From contig CAVUKA010000005.1 in assembly GCA_963741945.1 (NCBI GenBank), positions 544,001 to 608,000 of the forward strand: a stretch of 64,000 nt of DNA, read 5' to 3'. The notes beneath the pieces were generated by a model, which saw only the letters and a list, made by a program, of their open reading frames with translations, had not been told where the DNA came from and searched no databases. The translations under genes and the position numbers were made by a program. Position 1 is the stretch's first letter. Each line of letters begins with the position of its first letter. Of the stretch, positions 8,230 through 17,785 are shown piece by piece. This DNA comes from an uncultured Gemmatimonadales bacterium. GTDB taxonomy: Bacteria; Gemmatimonadota; Gemmatimonadetes; Longimicrobiales; RSA9.

Positions 8230-11200
8230 ATGCGACGACGCCTTCGCCTCCCCTCACCGGTCCTCACGGCGCTCTTCGCCGCGGTGGCCGCCGCAGCCGT
8301 CAGCGCGCCGCTGTCGGCGCCGCTGTCGGCGCAGAGCGCCAGAGTGCGCGCGCCCGCAGCGGTGACCATCGACAGCACGTTCAACGGAATGGACGCCCGT
8401 GAGATCGGGCCGGCCGGCACCTCGGGTCGCGTGGCGGCGCTCGCCGTGTCGCCGCGCGACGAGCGGGTGATCTACGTGGGCGGGGCGACGGGCGGGGTGT
8501 GGAAGTCGCTGGATGGCGGGTACACGTGGACTTCCACGATGGACTCGGTGGCCGTGAACTCCATCGGCGCCATCGGGATCGCGCCATCGGCGCCGGACGT
8601 GGTCTACGTGGGCACGGGCGAAGCGAACGCGCGCAACAGCATGGGCGTGGGCCGGGGCGTGTGGAAGTCCACGGACGGTGGACGGACGTGGTCGTATCTG
8701 GGGCTGCCGGAGACGGAGCACACGGAGGCCATCGTCGTCCACCCGACCGACCCGCGCACGGTGTGGGTGACCGCCCTCGGCCCGGCGTGGAGCGATGGTA
8801 CGGAGCGGGGGGTGTTCAAGTCCACGGACGGCGGGAAGACGTGGAGGAAAGTGCTGTACGTGGACGAGCGGACGGGGGCGTTCGAGCTGGTCATGGACCC
8901 GTCGAACCCCGAGCACCTGCTGGCCTCCACGTGGACGTTCCGCCGGTGGCCGTGGTTCTTCGAGAGCGGCGGGAGCGGGAGCGGCCTGTGGGCGAGCTGG
9001 GATGGCGGGGAGACCTGGCGTCGCCAGACGGAGAAGGACGGGCTCCCGGCGGGCGAGCTGGGCCGGATCGGGCTGGCGTTCGCCACCAACGACCCGACGG
9101 TGGCGTACGCGCTGGTGGAAGCGGAGAACAGCGCGCTGCTGCGGAGCGATGATGGCGGAGTGAGCTGGAAGTCGGTGAACGCGGAGACGAACGTCAACGA
9201 ACGGGCGTTCTACTACAGCCGGATCTACGTGGACCCGACCAACGAGAACCGGGTGTACCGGGTCTCGGGCGACCTGTCGCGCAGCGATGACGGCGGCCGC
9301 ACGTTCGCGGTGATCGCGCCCTGGTCCAGCGTGCACGTGGACCACCACGCGTTCTGGGCGTTCGCCGACGGGAAGCGCATCGCTACCGGGAACGATGGCG
9401 GCGTGTTCATCTCGAACGATCGGGGCGGCTCCTGGCGGTTCGTGGAGAACCTGCCGCTGGCGCAGTTCTACCACATCAGCGTGGACAACCAGGTCCCGTT
9501 CCACGTCTATGGCGGTCTGCAGGACAACGGCTCCTGGACGGCGCCGAGCCAGAGCTGGGTCATGCCCTCGTTCGCCGGCTCGAACATCGTGAACGAGGAC
9601 TGGCAGACCATCGGCTTCGGCGACGGCTTTGCCGCTCTCGCCGACCCGAACGACCCGACGCTCGGCTACAGCATGAGCCAGGAAGGCTACCTCATGCGCT
9701 TCGACCTGAAGACGGGCGAGACCGCCAGCATCCGCCCGCCGGCACCCGACAGCGCGACGAAGCTGCGCTTCAACTGGAACGCCGCCATCGCCATGGACCC
9801 GTTCGACCCCGGCGTGGTCTACTTCGGCAGCCAGTTCGTGCACGTGACCCGCGACTTCGGGGAGACGTGGAGCATCATCAGCCCCGACCTGACCACGAAC
9901 AACCCGGAATACCAGAAGCAGAACGAGTCGGGCGGGCTGACCACGGACGCCACGGGGGCGGAGAACTACACCACGATCCTGACCCTCTCCCCATCGCCGG
10001 TCGAGCAGGGCGTGCTCTGGGTCGGCACCGATGACGGCAACGTCCAGCTCACCCGCGACGGCGGGAAGACGTGGACGAACGTGGTGGACCGGATCAAAGG
10101 CGTGCCCCGTGGGACGTGGGTCCCCCACGTGGAGGCATCGAAGCACGCGGCCGGCACCGCGTACGTGGTGTTCGACAACCACCGCCGCGGCGACTGGACG
10201 CCATACGTGTATCGCACCACCGACTACGGCCGGAGCTGGCAGGCGCTCTCCCCCGGCCAGATCGACGGCTTCGTCCACACCATCGAGGAGGACCCGGTCG
10301 AGCCGAACCTCCTCTTCCTCGGCACGGAGTTCGGACTCTACTTCAGCCTCGACGCCGGCCAGCACTGGGGCAAGTGGACCCACGGCGGCTTCCCCGCGGG
10401 CGTCCCGGTGCGCGCCCTCGTGGTCCACCCCCGCGACGGCGACCTGGTGGCGGGCACCCACGGCCGCGGCGCGTGGATCATCGACGACGTCCGGCCGCTC
10501 CGCGCCATGGCCCACGACGCGGCCGTGGCCGCTTCGGACCTCCACCTCTTCGACATCCCGCAGGCGTACAAGCACACCGTGGGCATCACCGGACCGTTCT
10601 ACTTCCCCGGCGACACCCGATTCCAGGGGGAGAACCGCCCGTACGGCGCGTTGATCTCCTACTACGTCTCGCCGGACGCCGCCGCCGATACCGCGGCCGC
10701 GAAGGGCGGGGCGGGTGCCGGAACCGGCGGCGAAGCGGCCGCGGAGGGTGGCGAGCCCGAGCAGGAAGGGCCGCCCTGGGAACAGGCCGGGCGGCCGTCG
10801 GGCGGCCCCGTGACCATCGAGATCCTGAAGGCGGACTCCGTCATCCGGACCTTGAAAGGCCCTGCGGAGGCGGGCGTGAACCGCGTCGCCTGGGGGCTCG
10901 AGCGCAGCGGCGTGCGCGTCCCCGGCTCCGACACCACCTCGCCGGAGCCACGCGGGCCGGAAGTGGTCCCGGGGACGTACGGCGTGCGCGTCACGTTCGG
11001 AGACCACGTGGCGAACGGCGAAGTGGACGTGGCGCCGGATCCGCGGCGCGAGAAGCCCGTGGAGGCCACGCTCGCCAGCACTGCCATCTACTACCGCGGG
11101 CAGACGCGCCTGGCCGACCTGCGCGCCACCACCCGGAAGCTCAATGAGACGAGGGAAACCCTGGCGCTGGTGCAGAAGAAGCTGAAGACCTGGCGTGGCG

Positions 11201-11529
11201 CCGACGCCGACACCCGCGACTCACTGACGGAGCGGACCCGCGACATCACGAAGAGCGTGGACCGGCTTCTCGATCGGCTGCGGCTCCCCGAGGACACGAA
11301 GGGGATCGTCGCGGACTCCACCGTCACGGCGAAGCTCAGCCAGGCGCTGGGCGAGGCCACCGGCACCCCCTACGCCCCATCGCCGCAGCGGGTGCAGCAG
11401 CTGGAGTGGGCCCTCGCCAGGGTGGACGGCGCCATGGCGGACATCGAACAGTTCTACACCGTCGAGCTGCCGCGCTACCGCGACGCGCTCCACGACGCCG
11501 GCTTCGAGCTATTGGGCGGCGCCCCCTAG
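8230..11529 (+). CDS. VPS10/BNR (Asp-box) repeat secreted protein, sortilin/glycosyl hydrolase-like
   Basis: Signal peptide, many SxDGGxTW Asp-boxes, IGPAGTSGRV and YGGLQDNGSW motifs. Confidence 0.85.
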   Translation: MRRRLRLPSPVLTALFAAVAAAAVSAPLSAPLSAQSARVRAPAAVTIDSTFNGMDAREIGPAGTSGRVAALAVSPRDERVIYVGGATGGVWKSLDGGYTWTSTMDSVAVNSIGAIGIAPSAPDVVYVGTGEANARNSMGVGRGVWKSTDGGRTWSYLGLPETEHTEAIVVHPTDPRTVWVTALGPAWSDGTERGVFKSTDGGKTWRKVLYVDERTGAFELVMDPSNPEHLLASTWTFRRWPWFFESGGSGSGLWASWDGGETWRRQTEKDGLPAGELGRIGLAFATNDPTVAYALVEAENSALLRSDDGGVSWKSVNAETNVNERAFYYSRIYVDPTNENRVYRVSGDLSRSDDGGRTFAVIAPWSSVHVDHHAFWAFADGKRIATGNDGGVFISNDRGGSWRFVENLPLAQFYHISVDNQVPFHVYGGLQDNGSWTAPSQSWVMPSFAGSNIVNEDWQTIGFGDGFAALADPNDPTLGYSMSQEGYLMRFDLKTGETASIRPPAPDSATKLRFNWNAAIAMDPFDPGVVYFGSQFVHVTRDFGETWSIISPDLTTNNPEYQKQNESGGLTTDATGAENYTTILTLSPSPVEQGVLWVGTDDGNVQLTRDGGKTWTNVVDRIKGVPRGTWVPHVEASKHAAGTAYVVFDNHRRGDWTPYVYRTTDYGRSWQALSPGQIDGFVHTIEEDPVEPNLLFLGTEFGLYFSLDAGQHWGKWTHGGFPAGVPVRALVVHPRDGDLVAGTHGRGAWIIDDVRPLRAMAHDAAVAASDLHLFDIPQAYKHTVGITGPFYFPGDTRFQGENRPYGALISYYVSPDAAADTAAAKGGAGAGTGGEAAAEGGEPEQEGPPWEQAGRPSGGPVTIEILKADSVIRTLKGPAEAGVNRVAWGLERSGVRVPGSDTTSPEPRGPEVVPGTYGVRVTFGDHVANGEVDVAPDPRREKPVEATLASTAIYYRGQTRLADLRATTRKLNETRETLALVQKKLKTWRGADADTRDSLTERTRDITKSVDRLLDRLRLPEDTKGIVADSTVTAKLSQALGEATGTPYAPSPQRVQQLEWALARVDGAMADIEQFYTVELPRYRDALHDAGFELLGGAP

Positions 11530-11564
11530 CCCCCGGGGGCTGCCCCCGGGGGGCGGGCGGGCCC

Positions 11565-11645
11565 GCGGGGGCTGCGGGGGCTGCGGGGGCTGCGGGGGCT
11601 GCGGGGGGTGCGGGGGCTGCGGGGGGTGCGGGGGGTGCGGGGGCG
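11565..11645. repeat. 9-bp G-rich tandem repeat, GCGGGGG(C/G)T x9
   Basis: Read directly in the intergenic region. Confidence 0.9.
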
Positions 11646-11647
11646 AT

Positions 11648-11745
11648 TGAACGATTCACGGCAAATATCGCCGGCGATCGTTCAGCGGGATACGGCGCCG
11701 GGGTCGAGTGAACGATCATCGGCACATAGTGCCGTTCTTCGTACA
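11648..11745. repeat. pair of 37-nt imperfect palindromes (REP-like doublet)
   Basis: TGAACGAT...ATCGTTCA at 11648-11684 and a related copy at 11709-11745; 26/37 identical by manual alignment. Confidence 0.65.
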
Positions 11746-11906
11746 GCCGCCGATTCCGCGCTGCCCACTGCGCGATCGCCGCCGGCCACCCCCGCCCGGC
11801 GGCCACCCCCGCCCGGCCGCCCAGCCACCCCACCCCCCCCGGGCCGCCCCGCCCCCCTCCCCCCCGGGGCACTGGCCCCCCGCCGGGCGGCCCGTAGCTT
11901 GTCGGC

Positions 11907-13451
11907 ATGACGAGCCGCCGCGACCCCGCCCTCCCTTCCTCCTCGGACCCGACCCCGCCCCTCGTCGGCGTCTACAAGGCGCGCTGGGAGGACTTCGTGG
12001 TCGAGGAGATCCTGGCGCGGGAGCCGGACGGCCGCGGTGACCACCTGTGGCTGGAGGTGGAGAAGCGCGGGCTGACCACTGCGCGCGCGGCCGGAGACCT
12101 GGCGCGAGCCCTCGGCGTGAAGGCGTCGTCCGTGGGATACGCCGGCATGAAGGACGCCCGGGCGGTCGCCCGGCAATGGATGAGCGTGGAGCACGTGGCG
12201 CCCGAGCGGGCGCTGGCGCTGGCGATCCCCCGCATCCGGGTGCTGCGGGCCGTCCGTCACCCGCGGAAGCTGCGCCGGGGCTGGCACGCGGGGAACCGCT
12301 TCGCCATCCGGCTCCGCGGCTCTTCGGCGCCGGCGCGGGGTTCGGAGGCGGAGCTGGCTTCGCGCGGCGGGGCCGACGCCGGGGGCGGCGGGGGCGGCGG
12401 GGGCGGCGGGGCCGCCGCGGGCGGTGGGGGCGGTGGGGGCGGTGGGGGCGGTGCGGGCGCCGCGGGCGGCGGGGCCGCCGGGGGCTCCGGGGGCTCCGGG
12501 GGCTCCGGGGGCTCCGGGGGCTCCGGGGGCTCCGGGGGCGGCGGGGGCGGTGGGCTGTCGGTGGAGACACCGGAGGCGCTGGAGTGTGCCGAGCGGCGGC
12601 TGGAGGTCCTCGTCGCCCGGGGCGTTGCGAACCGGTACGGGCCGCAGCGCTTCGGAACGCGCGGGGATACGTGGCGCGTGGGGCGGGCGCTGGCGCGGGA
12701 TCGCTGGGCCGAGGCGGCTGCGCTCATCGCCGGTCGCCCGCTCCGGCCGGCTGACCCGGACGTGGACCCGGCCGCCGGCGTCTTTCCGGATGTGGGGGAC
12801 GTCCTCCGTGCCCGGGAGCTGTTCGACGCCGGCCGGTTCGGGGATGCCGCGGCCGCCTGGCCGCGCGGCTTTGACCAGTGCGCGCGCCTGGCCCGGGCGA
12901 TGGAGCGCACGGGTGGCGACGCCGGTCGCGCCCTGGCCGTGGTCGGCAAGCGCATGCTCCGCCTCTACGCGTCCGCCTACCAGTCGTGGCTGTTCAACCG
13001 TGTGCTCGACGAGCGCCTGTCCGCGCTCGACCGGCTCCTGCCGGGCGATCTGGCGTGGAAGCACGACACGGAAGCGCTCTTCCTGGTGGAGGACGCCGCG
13101 GCCGAGCAGCCCCGGTCGGACGCGTTCGAGATCTCGCCCACCGGCCCCCTGGTGGGCCGCCGCATGCGGGCGCCGGCCGGGCAGGCGGCGGCGCTGGAAG
13201 CCCGCGTTCTCGAAGGCGCCGGGTTCGAACGCTCCGAACTCGACTCCCGCGCCATGGCGCCGTTGAGCGGCGGGCGCCGGCCCCTCCGGTTCCCCCTCGT
13301 CGAAGCGGGACTCGGGCGAGGCGACGACGGGCTCGGCCCCTTCCTCGAGATCCGCTTCGCCCTGCCGCCGGGCTGCTACGCCACCACCGTGCTGGCGGAG
13401 CTGGGCGGCGGCGGGATCGTGGAAGCGGCCGGGGCGGACGACGGGGGCTGA
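11907..13451 (+). CDS. truD: tRNA pseudouridine(13) synthase TruD with Gly-rich insertion
   Basis: EDFVVEE, YAGMKDARAVARQW (catalytic Asp), GNRFAIRLR, NRYGPQRFG, SAYQSWLFN, FALPPGCYATTVLAEL. Confidence 0.92.
   Translation: MTSRRDPALPSSSDPTPPLVGVYKARWEDFVVEEILAREPDGRGDHLWLEVEKRGLTTARAAGDLARALGVKASSVGYAGMKDARAVARQWMSVEHVAPERALALAIPRIRVLRAVRHPRKLRRGWHAGNRFAIRLRGSSAPARGSEAELASRGGADAGGGGGGGGGGAAAGGGGGGGGGGGAGAAGGGAAGGSGGSGGSGGSGGSGGSGGGGGGGLSVETPEALECAERRLEVLVARGVANRYGPQRFGTRGDTWRVGRALARDRWAEAAALIAGRPLRPADPDVDPAAGVFPDVGDVLRARELFDAGRFGDAAAAWPRGFDQCARLARAMERTGGDAGRALAVVGKRMLRLYASAYQSWLFNRVLDERLSALDRLLPGDLAWKHDTEALFLVEDAAAEQPRSDAFEISPTGPLVGRRMRAPAGQAAALEARVLEGAGFERSELDSRAMAPLSGGRRPLRFPLVEAGLGRGDDGLGPFLEIRFALPPGCYATTVLAELGGGGIVEAAGADDGG
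12480..12533. repeat. in-frame (GGGGGCTCC)x6 tandem repeat inside truD, encoding (GGS)6
   Basis: Read directly; embedded in a longer poly-Gly tract at about 12380-12555. Confidence 0.9.
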
Positions 13452-13485
13452 GGCGCGCCCCGAGGTCGGCTCGCCGCGGCGTCGC

Positions 13486-13501
13486 TGGCACCCGCGTTGC
13501 A
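13486..13501 (+). promoter_or_regulatory. sigma54 -24/-12 promoter
   Basis: TGGCAC-CCGCG-TTGCA matches TGGCAC-N5-TTGCW, about 55 nt before the lipoprotein ATG. Confidence 0.75.
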
Positions 13502-13554
13502 CCGGTGTATGCGGAACATGCACGTGGCTCGATCAGAATCCGGAGAGGACAGCA

Positions 13555-14193
13555 ATGAAACAAGCGTGGACGCGCGTCGTTCCCGCCCTCGCGCTCACGA
13601 TCGCTGCGGCGGGGTGCAGCGGCAATACGCTCGGCGCCATCGGCGACATCCTGAACACGCCCATCGGCGGCAGCGGCCAGGCGCAGTCCGGGAACGTGAC
13701 CGTGGAGATCCAGCAGGTCCAGGAGTCGCAGCAGCAGATCATCGTGAACACCCAGGACGGCCAGCAGGGGGCGGTGCTCTACGACCAGAACACGCAGGTG
13801 GTCTACCAGAACCAGCAGTACCCGGTCACGTCGCTGGAGCAGGGCGACGTCGTGAACATGCACGTCCAGCAGGTGCAGCAGGGCTATTACACGGACGTCA
13901 TCGAGGTCCAGACGCCGGTGCAGCAGCGGCAGGGCGGCACCACCACGGGGCCGGCCTCGGGCGTGCTCCAGATCGAGGGGACCATCGGCCAGGTGAACGC
14001 CAGCCAGGCCTGGTTCACCCTGAACATGACGCAGGGCGGCACGGTCACCATCACCATCCCGAGCACCGCCAGCAGCGCCGCCCGGGCACGCCTGAGCGAC
14101 TACCGCGCCGGCGACTACGTGCGGGTCGAGGTCCGGCAGACCGGCAGCGACACGGCCACCCTGGTGCAGTGGGGGTGGGAGAACTACCCGTAG
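13555..14193 (+). CDS. lipoprotein with two small beta-rich (DUF5666/OB-like) domains
   Basis: GGAGAGG RBS; lipobox AAG-C; two similar segments (LEQGDVV / YRAGDYV). Confidence 0.75.
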   Translation: MKQAWTRVVPALALTIAAAGCSGNTLGAIGDILNTPIGGSGQAQSGNVTVEIQQVQESQQQIIVNTQDGQQGAVLYDQNTQVVYQNQQYPVTSLEQGDVVNMHVQQVQQGYYTDVIEVQTPVQQRQGGTTTGPASGVLQIEGTIGQVNASQAWFTLNMTQGGTVTITIPSTASSAARARLSDYRAGDYVRVEVRQTGSDTATLVQWGWENYP

Positions 14194-14226
14194 GCGGGCA
14201 CGCGCTCACGCCCTATCTTGGCGGGC

Positions 14227-15453
14227 ATGGCCAACCGCACCGATGACCCGGCGAAGCGCGCCGCGGGACGCCCCGGGCGCACCCCCGTGAGCGCCGCGGC
14301 CGCCATTCCCCGAACGGTCGCTTCGACCGCGCGCTGGAGCGCGCTGCGCATCCGGCGGGGGCTGAAACGGGCCGGCGTCCCCCTCCCGCGGCTGCACACG
14401 TTCCGCCGCCGCTCTCCCGTCGGGTCCGCGCCCGGCACGCTCATCTCCCACCCCGACGCCAAGCCGCCGGTCATCCGGGTGATGGGCTACGGCCCCGACC
14501 AGCTGGAGGAGCTGGAGGTGGCGTCGGCCGCCGAGCTGAACGCGTTGCGGCACCGCTGGCCCGTGCTCTGGGTGGACGTGGAAGGCGTGGGGGACGCGGA
14601 CGCCATGGCGGCCATCGGCGAGGAGTTCGGGCTGCACCGCCTGGCGCTGGAAGACGTGATCAACACGCACCAGCGGCCGAAGGTGGAGGAGTACCCGGAC
14701 TACCTGTTCATGGCCGCCCGGATGGCTTCCATCCGCGACCGCGTGGACACGGAGCAGATATCACTGTTCCTCGGGTCCGGCTGGGTGCTCACGTTCCAGG
14801 AGCACGAGGGCGACCCGTTCGGCCCCGTCCGCGACCGGCTGAAGGCAGGACGGGGGCGGATCCGGACCGACGGCGCGGACTACCTGTTCTATGCGCTGAT
14901 CGACGCCATCGTCGACGGCTTCTACCCCGTTCTCGAGGAGTTCGGCGATCGCCTGGAAGACCTGGAGGAGTACGTCATTGCCGACCCCAGCGAGGGACTT
15001 GTGGGCGTCATCCACGGCGCCCGGCGCGACGCGCTCTCCCTCCGCCACGCGCTCTGGCCGATGCGCGAGGCCATGGCCCAGCTTTACCGCGATCCGCACC
15101 CCCTCATCACCGAGACCACCCACCTCTATCTGCGCGACGCCTACGACCACACCATCCAGGTCCTGGACCTGCTCGACAACTTCCGCGAGATGGGCAGCGC
15201 GCTGCTCGACGTCTACCTTTCGAGCGTCAGCCAGAAGATGAACGAGGTGATGAAGGTCCTCACCATCATCGCCACCATCTTCATTCCCCTGACGTTCATC
15301 GTGGGTGTGTACGGGATGAACTTCAAGACGGAGGTCAGCCCCTGGAACATGCCCGAGCTCGGCTGGTACTGGGGCTACCCCGCGGTGATGGCCTTCATGT
15401 TCGTCATTGCCCTCGCGCTCGTGGGCTACTTTCGCTGGAAGCGCTGGCTGTGA
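14227..15453 (+). CDS. corA: magnesium/cobalt transporter CorA
   Basis: LHRLALED...QRPKVEEY, MNEVMKVLT, GVYGMNF (GMN) and MPEL motifs. Confidence 0.93.
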   Translation: MANRTDDPAKRAAGRPGRTPVSAAAAIPRTVASTARWSALRIRRGLKRAGVPLPRLHTFRRRSPVGSAPGTLISHPDAKPPVIRVMGYGPDQLEELEVASAAELNALRHRWPVLWVDVEGVGDADAMAAIGEEFGLHRLALEDVINTHQRPKVEEYPDYLFMAARMASIRDRVDTEQISLFLGSGWVLTFQEHEGDPFGPVRDRLKAGRGRIRTDGADYLFYALIDAIVDGFYPVLEEFGDRLEDLEEYVIADPSEGLVGVIHGARRDALSLRHALWPMREAMAQLYRDPHPLITETTHLYLRDAYDHTIQVLDLLDNFREMGSALLDVYLSSVSQKMNEVMKVLTIIATIFIPLTFIVGVYGMNFKTEVSPWNMPELGWYWGYPAVMAFMFVIALALVGYFRWKRWL

Positions 15454-15917
15454 GAGCCGCGCTCGGTCTCCTCGGGTTCCTCGCCCTCACGTTCGCCGTG
15501 GCGGGGATCGGCGGGTGGTTCACCTCCATGGGCGTCGGCGACTGGTACGCGACGATCCGGAAGCCCTCGTTCAACCCGCCCTCCGCCGTCTTCGGCCCCG
15601 TCTGGACCGTCCTCTACGCCCTCATGGCCGTGGCCGCGTGGCTCGTGTGGCGCCGCGCCGGCTTCCACGGCGCTTCCGCCGCCCTCGCCCTCTTCTTCAT
15701 CCAGCTCGCCCTCAACCTGGCGTGGTCCGGGCTCTTCTTCGCCCTGCGCTCACCCGGGCTGGCGCTCCTGGACATCGCCGCGCTCTGGGTGGCGATCCTC
15801 GCCACCGTGGTGCTCTTCTTCCAGCACTCCACCTGGGCCGGCGCCCTGCTCGTCCCGTACCTGCTCTGGGTCTCCTTCGCCGCGCTCCTGAACGGGGCCA
15901 TCTGGCGCCTGAACTGA
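15450..15917 (+). CDS. tspO: TspO/MBR tryptophan-rich sensory protein
   Basis: WY..IRKPSFNPP..VFGPVWTVLY, QLALNLAWS.LFF, LLVPYLLWVSFA; GTGA overlap with corA. Confidence 0.92.
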   Translation: MRAALGLLGFLALTFAVAGIGGWFTSMGVGDWYATIRKPSFNPPSAVFGPVWTVLYALMAVAAWLVWRRAGFHGASAALALFFIQLALNLAWSGLFFALRSPGLALLDIAALWVAILATVVLFFQHSTWAGALLVPYLLWVSFAALLNGAIWRLN

Positions 15918-16072
15918 CCCCCGCCGGTTCCCGACGGCCGGGACCGAGCCACGCCAGCCGCCGGGAGGCGCCACAACGCTCACCCCGCTCCGCGCGTCCT
16001 ACTCCCAGCCTCCGAAGCCCCACCCCCGCCCGAGCCGGGCGGTGCGCACAACGTCGATCGCCGGAGAACGTC

Positions 16073-17611
16073 ATGAAGCGCATGATCCTGAGCGCCGCAG
16101 CCGCCGCCGTGCTGGCCTGCGGTGCCGTACCCCTGTCCGCGCAGGTCGCCCGGGAGCGGGTGGACCTGGATGTCGTCGCCCGGATCCGGGACGAGGGGCT
16201 GAGCCGGTCGCAGATCCCCGAGATGGCCAGCTACCTGACCGATGTCGTCGGCCCCCGCCTCACGGGCTCCCCCGGGATCCGGCGGGCGTACGACTGGACC
16301 GCGTCCACCATGCGCGGCTGGGGGCTGGAGAACGTGGCCGTGGAGCCGTGGGGCGAGTTCGGGCGCGGGTGGGAGAACCTCTCCGTATCCATGCGCGCGC
16401 TCACGCCGTACGCGCAGCCGCTGGAAGCGTGGCCGGTAGGCTGGTCCGGGAGCACGCGCGGGACGGTGAAAGGTCGCGCGGTGATCGTGGACGCGCAGTC
16501 CGCCGAGGATCTCGCGGCGTACCGCGGCAAGCTGAAGGGCGCGTTCGTCCTGCTCCAGCCGTTCCAGCCCATCGAGCCCGAATGGCAGTCGCCGGACCGG
16601 CGCGCGTCGCTGGACGAGCTCCTGGCCCCGCCGGCGCAGACCGGCGCGGCCGACGCCGATGCGGCAGCCAGCCGGGAGCGCATGCGGGCGGAGTGGCAGA
16701 AGCGGCGCGAGCTGCGCGCCGCCATGGACGAGCTGTTCATCGGTGAGAAAGTGGCCGCCATCCTCCAGCCGTCGCGCTGGACGTACGGCATGATGCTGGT
16801 CGGCGGGACCCGCGCCTACGCGAAGGATGCGCCGGTGGGCCCGCCGGAGCTGGTGCTCGCCCACGAGGACTACGGCCAGATCTGGCGCAACGTCGAGCGC
16901 GGGGAGCCCGTGGAGCTGGAGCTGAACGTCGCCAACCGGTGGTACGACGACGACCTCCAGGGCTACAACGTCCTGGCCGACATCCCGGGCACCGACCTGG
17001 CCGACCAGTACGTCATGATCGGCGGGCACATCGACTCCTGGCACCCGGGCACCGGCGCCACCGACAACGCCGCCGGCACCGTGGTCATGATGGAGGCCAT
17101 GCGCATCCTCAAGACGCTCGGGCTGCCCATGCGCCGGACCGTCCGCATCGGCCTGTGGAGCGCCGAGGAGCAGGGGCTCATCGGGTCGCGCCGGTGGGTC
17201 GAGAACCACCCGGAGCTCCACGACCGCATCTCCGCGTACCTGAACTTCGACAACGGCACCGGCCGGATCCGCGGCATCCACACCCAGAGCAACGCCGCCG
17301 TGGTCCCCGTCTTCGAGCAGCTGCTCTGGCCGTTCCGCGACCTGGGCGTCGTGGCCGTCCGCAACGACGACACCGGTGGCACCGACCACCTTTCGTTCGA
17401 CCGCGCGGGCATCCCCGGCTTCCAGTTCATCCAGGACCCCATCGAGTACTCGTTCCGCACCCACCACAGCAACATCGACACGTACGAGCGCCTGGTGATC
17501 GATGACCTCGAGCAGTCCGCCGTGGTGGTGGCCGCGCTCGTCTACCACCTGGCCAACCGCGACGAGATGCTGCCGCGGAAGCCCGCCGAGGCGACGGCGG
17601 CCGCACGGTAG
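16073..17611 (+). CDS. M28 family peptidase (secreted amino/carboxypeptidase)
   Basis: Signal peptide; GPRLTGS, GGHIDSW, GATDNAAG, AEEQGL, GTDH and THH motifs. Confidence 0.9.
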   Translation: MKRMILSAAAAAVLACGAVPLSAQVARERVDLDVVARIRDEGLSRSQIPEMASYLTDVVGPRLTGSPGIRRAYDWTASTMRGWGLENVAVEPWGEFGRGWENLSVSMRALTPYAQPLEAWPVGWSGSTRGTVKGRAVIVDAQSAEDLAAYRGKLKGAFVLLQPFQPIEPEWQSPDRRASLDELLAPPAQTGAADADAAASRERMRAEWQKRRELRAAMDELFIGEKVAAILQPSRWTYGMMLVGGTRAYAKDAPVGPPELVLAHEDYGQIWRNVERGEPVELELNVANRWYDDDLQGYNVLADIPGTDLADQYVMIGGHIDSWHPGTGATDNAAGTVVMMEAMRILKTLGLPMRRTVRIGLWSAEEQGLIGSRRWVENHPELHDRISAYLNFDNGTGRIRGIHTQSNAAVVPVFEQLLWPFRDLGVVAVRNDDTGGTDHLSFDRAGIPGFQFIQDPIEYSFRTHHSNIDTYERLVIDDLEQSAVVVAALVYHLANRDEMLPRKPAEATAAAR

Positions 17612-17684
17612 CCCGCCGTCGACGCCGCGACGGCGGCAGCCGACACCCGGGTGGCGCGGCCCGGAGCGGGCGGGCGACCCATCG

Positions 17685-17720
17685 CGAAGGGGCGTGGGAT
17701 TTACGTTCCACGCCCCTTCG
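17685..17720 (+). terminator. strong hairpin, probable terminator after the M28 gene
   Basis: CGAAGGGGCGTGG / CCACGCCCCTTCG perfect 13-bp arms; poor U-tract. Confidence 0.55.
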
Positions 17721-17785
17721 TCGTCCTCTGGATGAAGCGCCGGCCCGGTGCCGGCTCACCGGACCACCCATCGATCGAGGATCAC

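Noticed and set aside
8254-11007. Long antisense ORFs (917 aa here; also 20020-22425 and 26852-29791)
   Set aside because: Shadows of real genes caused by high GC3; no motifs
11648-11745. CRISPR mini-array (two 37-nt palindromic repeats)
   Set aside because: Only two copies, 26/37 identical, 24-nt spacer and no cas genes in the window
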